IMG/VR virus record: IMGVR_UViG_3300042455_001744
Length of the DNA stretch: 20,000 nucleotides
Reading direction: 5' to 3' (one strand)
Source: an uncultured virus (IMG/VR IMGVR_UViG_3300042455_001744)
Lineage: Duplodnaviria > Heunggongvirae > Uroviricota > Caudoviricetes
Below are positions 18,201 to 20,000 of this stretch, one piece after another. The position numbers were made by a program, and so were the translations under genes. The notes below the pieces were generated by a model. It searched no databases, was not told the DNA's origin, and saw only the letters and a program-made list of their open reading frames with translations. Position 1 is the first letter of the stretch, and every line of letters begins with the position of its first letter.

Positions 18201-19132
18201 TTAATTTCAAGTGTAGTTACGTGACCGTTCACACTATAATTGTAGAAAGATGCACAGTTTGAAGCACTTGATGTTTGTGTTAAACCTGTTACATAAGTGT
18301 AGAAAGATGAACCTGTGTATTGACCACCACCGATATTATCGAACATAGCGTAATACCAAGCATCATTTAATCTATCAGTATAATCAATTTCTTCTGAAAT
18401 AAGATTTGTAACTTCAAATACATCAGTTCTTGCACTATAACCATTACTTGTGTTACCTGTATAATATTCATTAGGGACAGCACCAAAATAATAAATTGAA
18501 CTACCTGATGTTGATGGTGTAACCATTGTATTAAACACTTGTGTCTTAATTTGACTCATCAACGTACTAACATCACCATTAAATTGTTCAAAAGGTAAAT
18601 TTAATTTTGCGTTTAATTCAGGTGGGAATGGTGAAACATTTGTAATTGAAATACTTGATGTTCCATTAGTACAACCTGTGAAAGTCATTGTAAATGCTGA
18701 ATTCAAATAATTAGTACATACTAACTCACAATTAATTGTTTGAAGTGCACCCGGTTCACACATTGGTACTATCGTTGTTGGGTCAACATTCGCAACCGTT
18801 TTAATTGACCAAGAAGGACCTGCGTCATAACCCGAAAGACCTAAAATTCTAGTTACGAACAATTGATTTGATTGTTGTAAATAAGATTTAGCAATATATG
18901 CTGCTTCATATTTAGGAATTTGAGTGTTTACAAATTTCTCAGGTGAAGTTCCTCCAAAGAATGTTGAGAATTCGTCAAAGTTACGGATAAAGATAGGTTC
19001 AAAAGCGGGACCTTTCAAAGTCTCACCTACAACACCTAATGTAGTTACCCCTACACTTTGAGCTACGAAACTCAAATCAACTTCAGAAGTATAAACACCT
19101 GGCGAAACGAATACTTTACTGTTTGTTGCCAT
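15278..19132 (-). CDS. Tail sheath protein with large internal insertions
   Basis: N-terminal SPGVYTSEVDLS, VGETLKGP; C-terminal YYPWV, PWFAAAGYTRG, RINPIATFSDVGTVIWGNKTL, LDRINVRRLL, LFEQND, IKPTKSLEFIDITF. Confidence 0.96.
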   Translation of the reverse strand: MATNSKVFVSPGVYTSEVDLSFVAQSVGVTTLGVVGETLKGPAFEPIFIRNFDEFSTFFGGTSPEKFVNTQIPKYEAAYIAKSYLQQSNQLFVTRILGLSGYDAGPSWSIKTVANVDPTTIVPMCEPGALQTINCELVCTNYLNSAFTMTFTGCTNGTSSISITNVSPFPPELNAKLNLPFEQFNGDVSTLMSQIKTQVFNTMVTPSTSGSSIYYFGAVPNEYYTGNTSNGYSARTDVFEVTNLISEEIDYTDRLNDAWYYAMFDNIGGGQYTGSSFYTYVTGLTQTSSASNCASFYNYSVNGHVTTLEINNGGSTYSNATNVATTTTGNGVGLTVNIGVDSGVITGATVYSAGTGYQVGDTVTVAGGDGTAILDIVAISSTVGNINYNTKEIFVYLPDNLLISPTQIVSSFSACTSNVKIGAVAQVSGDTSNDFTTCLTYTLTSEDNTVTNNWLVCVTNDDPCNPASTGTIGSINTGTITNCFTGTVVGNLVYYDGESYKDYDDLVVTTLRSRGLANYSDDDGAVYEVSGLTQVSLDMSGVYSGVTKNPYLTFLVNATGRTGTQYSFETSLSNSDAKYVTKLFGMSNFSKDRTSVPLFVEERYQALLNYGWRKGFIRGLNPNLTALPNARQGSDPSSIGFYLEKYQSPESPWVVSELRGNKVYNLFKFTTISDGYAANMEIKISIANISFGNGTFDVMVRDYFDTDSAPQVIEKFTNCSMDPNQNNYIAKKIGTLDGEYQLNSRYVMVEVNEEAPIDALPCGFDGYNTRTYNGARSPFPIFKTKYDFPGEVIYNPPFGLSSGADDTIKTAGDNVRRTYLGFSDTVGYDIDFVNYKGKQLPLDICTAVSGNIWDTKTKGYHMDNRASAITINNTFYEKVLDPQTNKFVMSAITSATTKFFTGNAEFSSDPSNESNPYYRLYARKFTLVVGGGFDGWDIYRDSRTNTDRFALGRNGYLKGSCPSVKYPTATGWGAFKQITVDDNTQDWGNTDYYAYLLGQRTFSNPEAVNINVFATPGVDYINHSDIVEYAIDMIENDRADSIYITTTPDTLMFTPTFSPDDLIYPQEAVDNLEGTGIDSNYTATYYPWVLTRDSVNNTQIYLPPTAEVTRNLALTDNIAFPWFAAAGYTRGIVNAVKARKKLTQEDRDTLYKGRINPIATFSDVGTVIWGNKTLQIRESALDRINVRRLLLQARKLISAVSVRLLFEQNDQKVRQDFLNAVNPILDSIRRDRGLYDFRVTVSSDTADLDRNQMTGKIFIKPTKSLEFIDITFYITPTGASFENI

Positions 19133-19168
19133 TATTTTTTGTTTTTTTCTAAAAAGATTTATTTATTT

Positions 19169-19176
19169 CATAAATA
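19169..19176 (-). promoter_or_regulatory. TATTTATG variant motif 36 nt upstream of the sheath ATG
   Basis: Plus strand cataaata; same spacing to ATG as in the tube gene. Confidence 0.5.
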
Positions 19177-19213
19177 TTCAGAAAAAAACCAAAATACTTT
19201 ACTTTGATTGAAC

Positions 19214-19221
19214 TATTTATA
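19214..19221 (+). promoter_or_regulatory. TATTTATA motif 34 nt upstream of the RHH gene
   Basis: The motif switches strand together with the gene. Confidence 0.5.
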
Positions 19222-19255
19222 TTTTAGGTAGAATATTTTCTTCCTTTTTTATACT

Positions 19256-19420
19256 ATGTCTGAAGATAATAAAAAAGTAAAAAATTTAAAAATTAGTGAA
19301 GAGGTTCACGAAATTTTGAAAAACTATTGTGATAAAAGAGGTATAAAAATATACCGATTTTTAGAGAAATTAATTGTTGAAAAGTGTAAAGATAAAAAGG
19401 ATATTTACGGTGAAAATTAA
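19256..19420 (+). CDS. 54-aa ribbon-helix-helix (Arc/CopG/MetJ-like) DNA-binding protein
   Basis: Hand translation MSEDNKKVKNLKISEEVHEILKNYCDKRGIKIYRFLEKLIVEKCKDKKDIYGEN: alternating strand KNLKIS, helix, G turn, helix. Fills the intergenic gap and its stop overlaps the convergent gene stop (TTAA 19417-19420). Confidence 0.78.
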   Translation: MSEDNKKVKNLKISEEVHEILKNYCDKRGIKIYRFLEKLIVEKCKDKKDIYGEN

Positions 19421-20000
19421 AGTAACTCGTTGTTAAATTTAATCGTCGAATCAATTGTGTTATCTTTTTTTGTTACAACAATTCTCAATATATCACCATA
19501 GTTAATTTGAATTTCACTAACGTCATTTCCATAATATTGGTTATTAATATAAACCTCAAAAGTGGTTACGTTAACCATATCACCTAAGTTTAAATTAACA
19601 TTGTACTCAAATAATTGAGTTATTGTATTGTTACCAACAACAAACAATACATTTAGTTCAGTACTGTTAGGATTAGTATTTGGTTTATTTTGTTTTCTTG
19701 ATTTATTAGTGTCAACCTCATAAACTTGTAATAAACGATTTATTGCTGGAGAAACTTCAAATTCATCCTCATCAATTAAAAACCCTAACATTGTAAAGTC
19801 ATAACTTTGAACATAGTATCTTCTTTTTTCTAAATCATTAACAGACTCATCGTTTATACCCATATTTACAATCGGAATGTAATGTCCTTTAATATTTGCG
19901 TAGGCTTGTCTTGATGCGAATTTTTCTAATACAATTTGATTAAACTTATTTAATTCCCTCATTCTGTTACACACAATCTTAACTTGATATTGTATATCAA
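19417..20000 (-). CDS. Tail terminator / sheath stabiliser (T4 gp15-like), 5' end outside the window
   Basis: Frame stays open to the window edge (DIQYQVKIVCNRMRELNKFNQIVLEKF...), so the GTG start at 19974 is not the real start; pattern and position upstream of the sheath fit gp15-like proteins. Confidence 0.55.
   Translation of the reverse strand, partial: DIQYQVKIVCNRMRELNKFNQIVLEKFASRQAYANIKGHYIPIVNMGINDESVNDLEKRRYYVQSYDFTMLGFLIDEDEFEVSPAINRLLQVYEVDTNKSRKQNKPNTNPNSTELNVLFVVGNNTITQLFEYNVNLNLGDMVNVTTFEVYINNQYYGNDVSEIQINYGDILRIVVTKKDNTIDSTIKFNNELL

Larger units (their letters stand above)
1..20000 (-). mobile_element. Contractile-tail morphogenesis module of a large tailed phage (myovirus-like)
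   Basis: Co-oriented sheath, tube, chaperone, tape measure, tube-initiator, LysM and hub-like genes in typical tail order; very large structural ORFs; no host housekeeping genes. Confidence 0.88.

Noticed and set aside
4788..19132. Inteins or introns explaining the oversized genes
   Set aside because: No intein C-terminal HN-[CST] block or LAGLIDADG/HNH motif recognised, and reading frames are uninterrupted
1..20000. Stop-codon reassignment as seen in some huge phages
   Set aside because: All long genes read through in the standard code with dense packing; TAA and TGA both serve as stops, and there is no sign of in-frame TAG fragmentation
1..20000. Bacterial extracellular contractile injection system or tailocin
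   Set aside because: Not excluded, but less likely: tape measure plus gp26-like chaperone, per-gene phage-style motifs, moron-like inserts and giant structural genes favour a large phage; no Afp15-like ATPase or host genes are seen

Overview
AT-rich segment of a large myovirus-type (jumbo/huge phage-like) genome holding most of a contractile-tail morphogenesis module, nearly all on the minus strand. In transcription order: partial gp15-like tail terminator, a divergent 54-aa ribbon-helix-helix gene (missed by the ORF track), a 1284-aa tail sheath with inserted domains, a HAD-family phosphatase, tail tube, a class I SAM methyltransferase, a gp26-like tail assembly chaperone with an overlapping +1-frame ORF, tape measure, a 1696-aa tube-initiator-like protein with an OmpA_C-like domain, a LysM baseplate protein, and a >1491-aa hub-like ORF running off the left end (also missing from the ORF track). 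The main oddities are: (1) the methyltransferase sits between 114-bp direct repeats that duplicate terminator, leader and the first three codons of the neighbouring gene; (2) a candidate +1 frameshift (UUU-UUU-CGC) in the chaperone; (3) a sense-strand TATTTATA motif, the reverse complement of the T4 late promoter, before most genes; (4) a near-consensus antisense sigma70 promoter with TCTAGT repeats opposite the HAD gene; (5) dense [ST][GA]x[ST] motifs in the sheath insertions. All protein calls come from motif recognition and gene order, not database searches.
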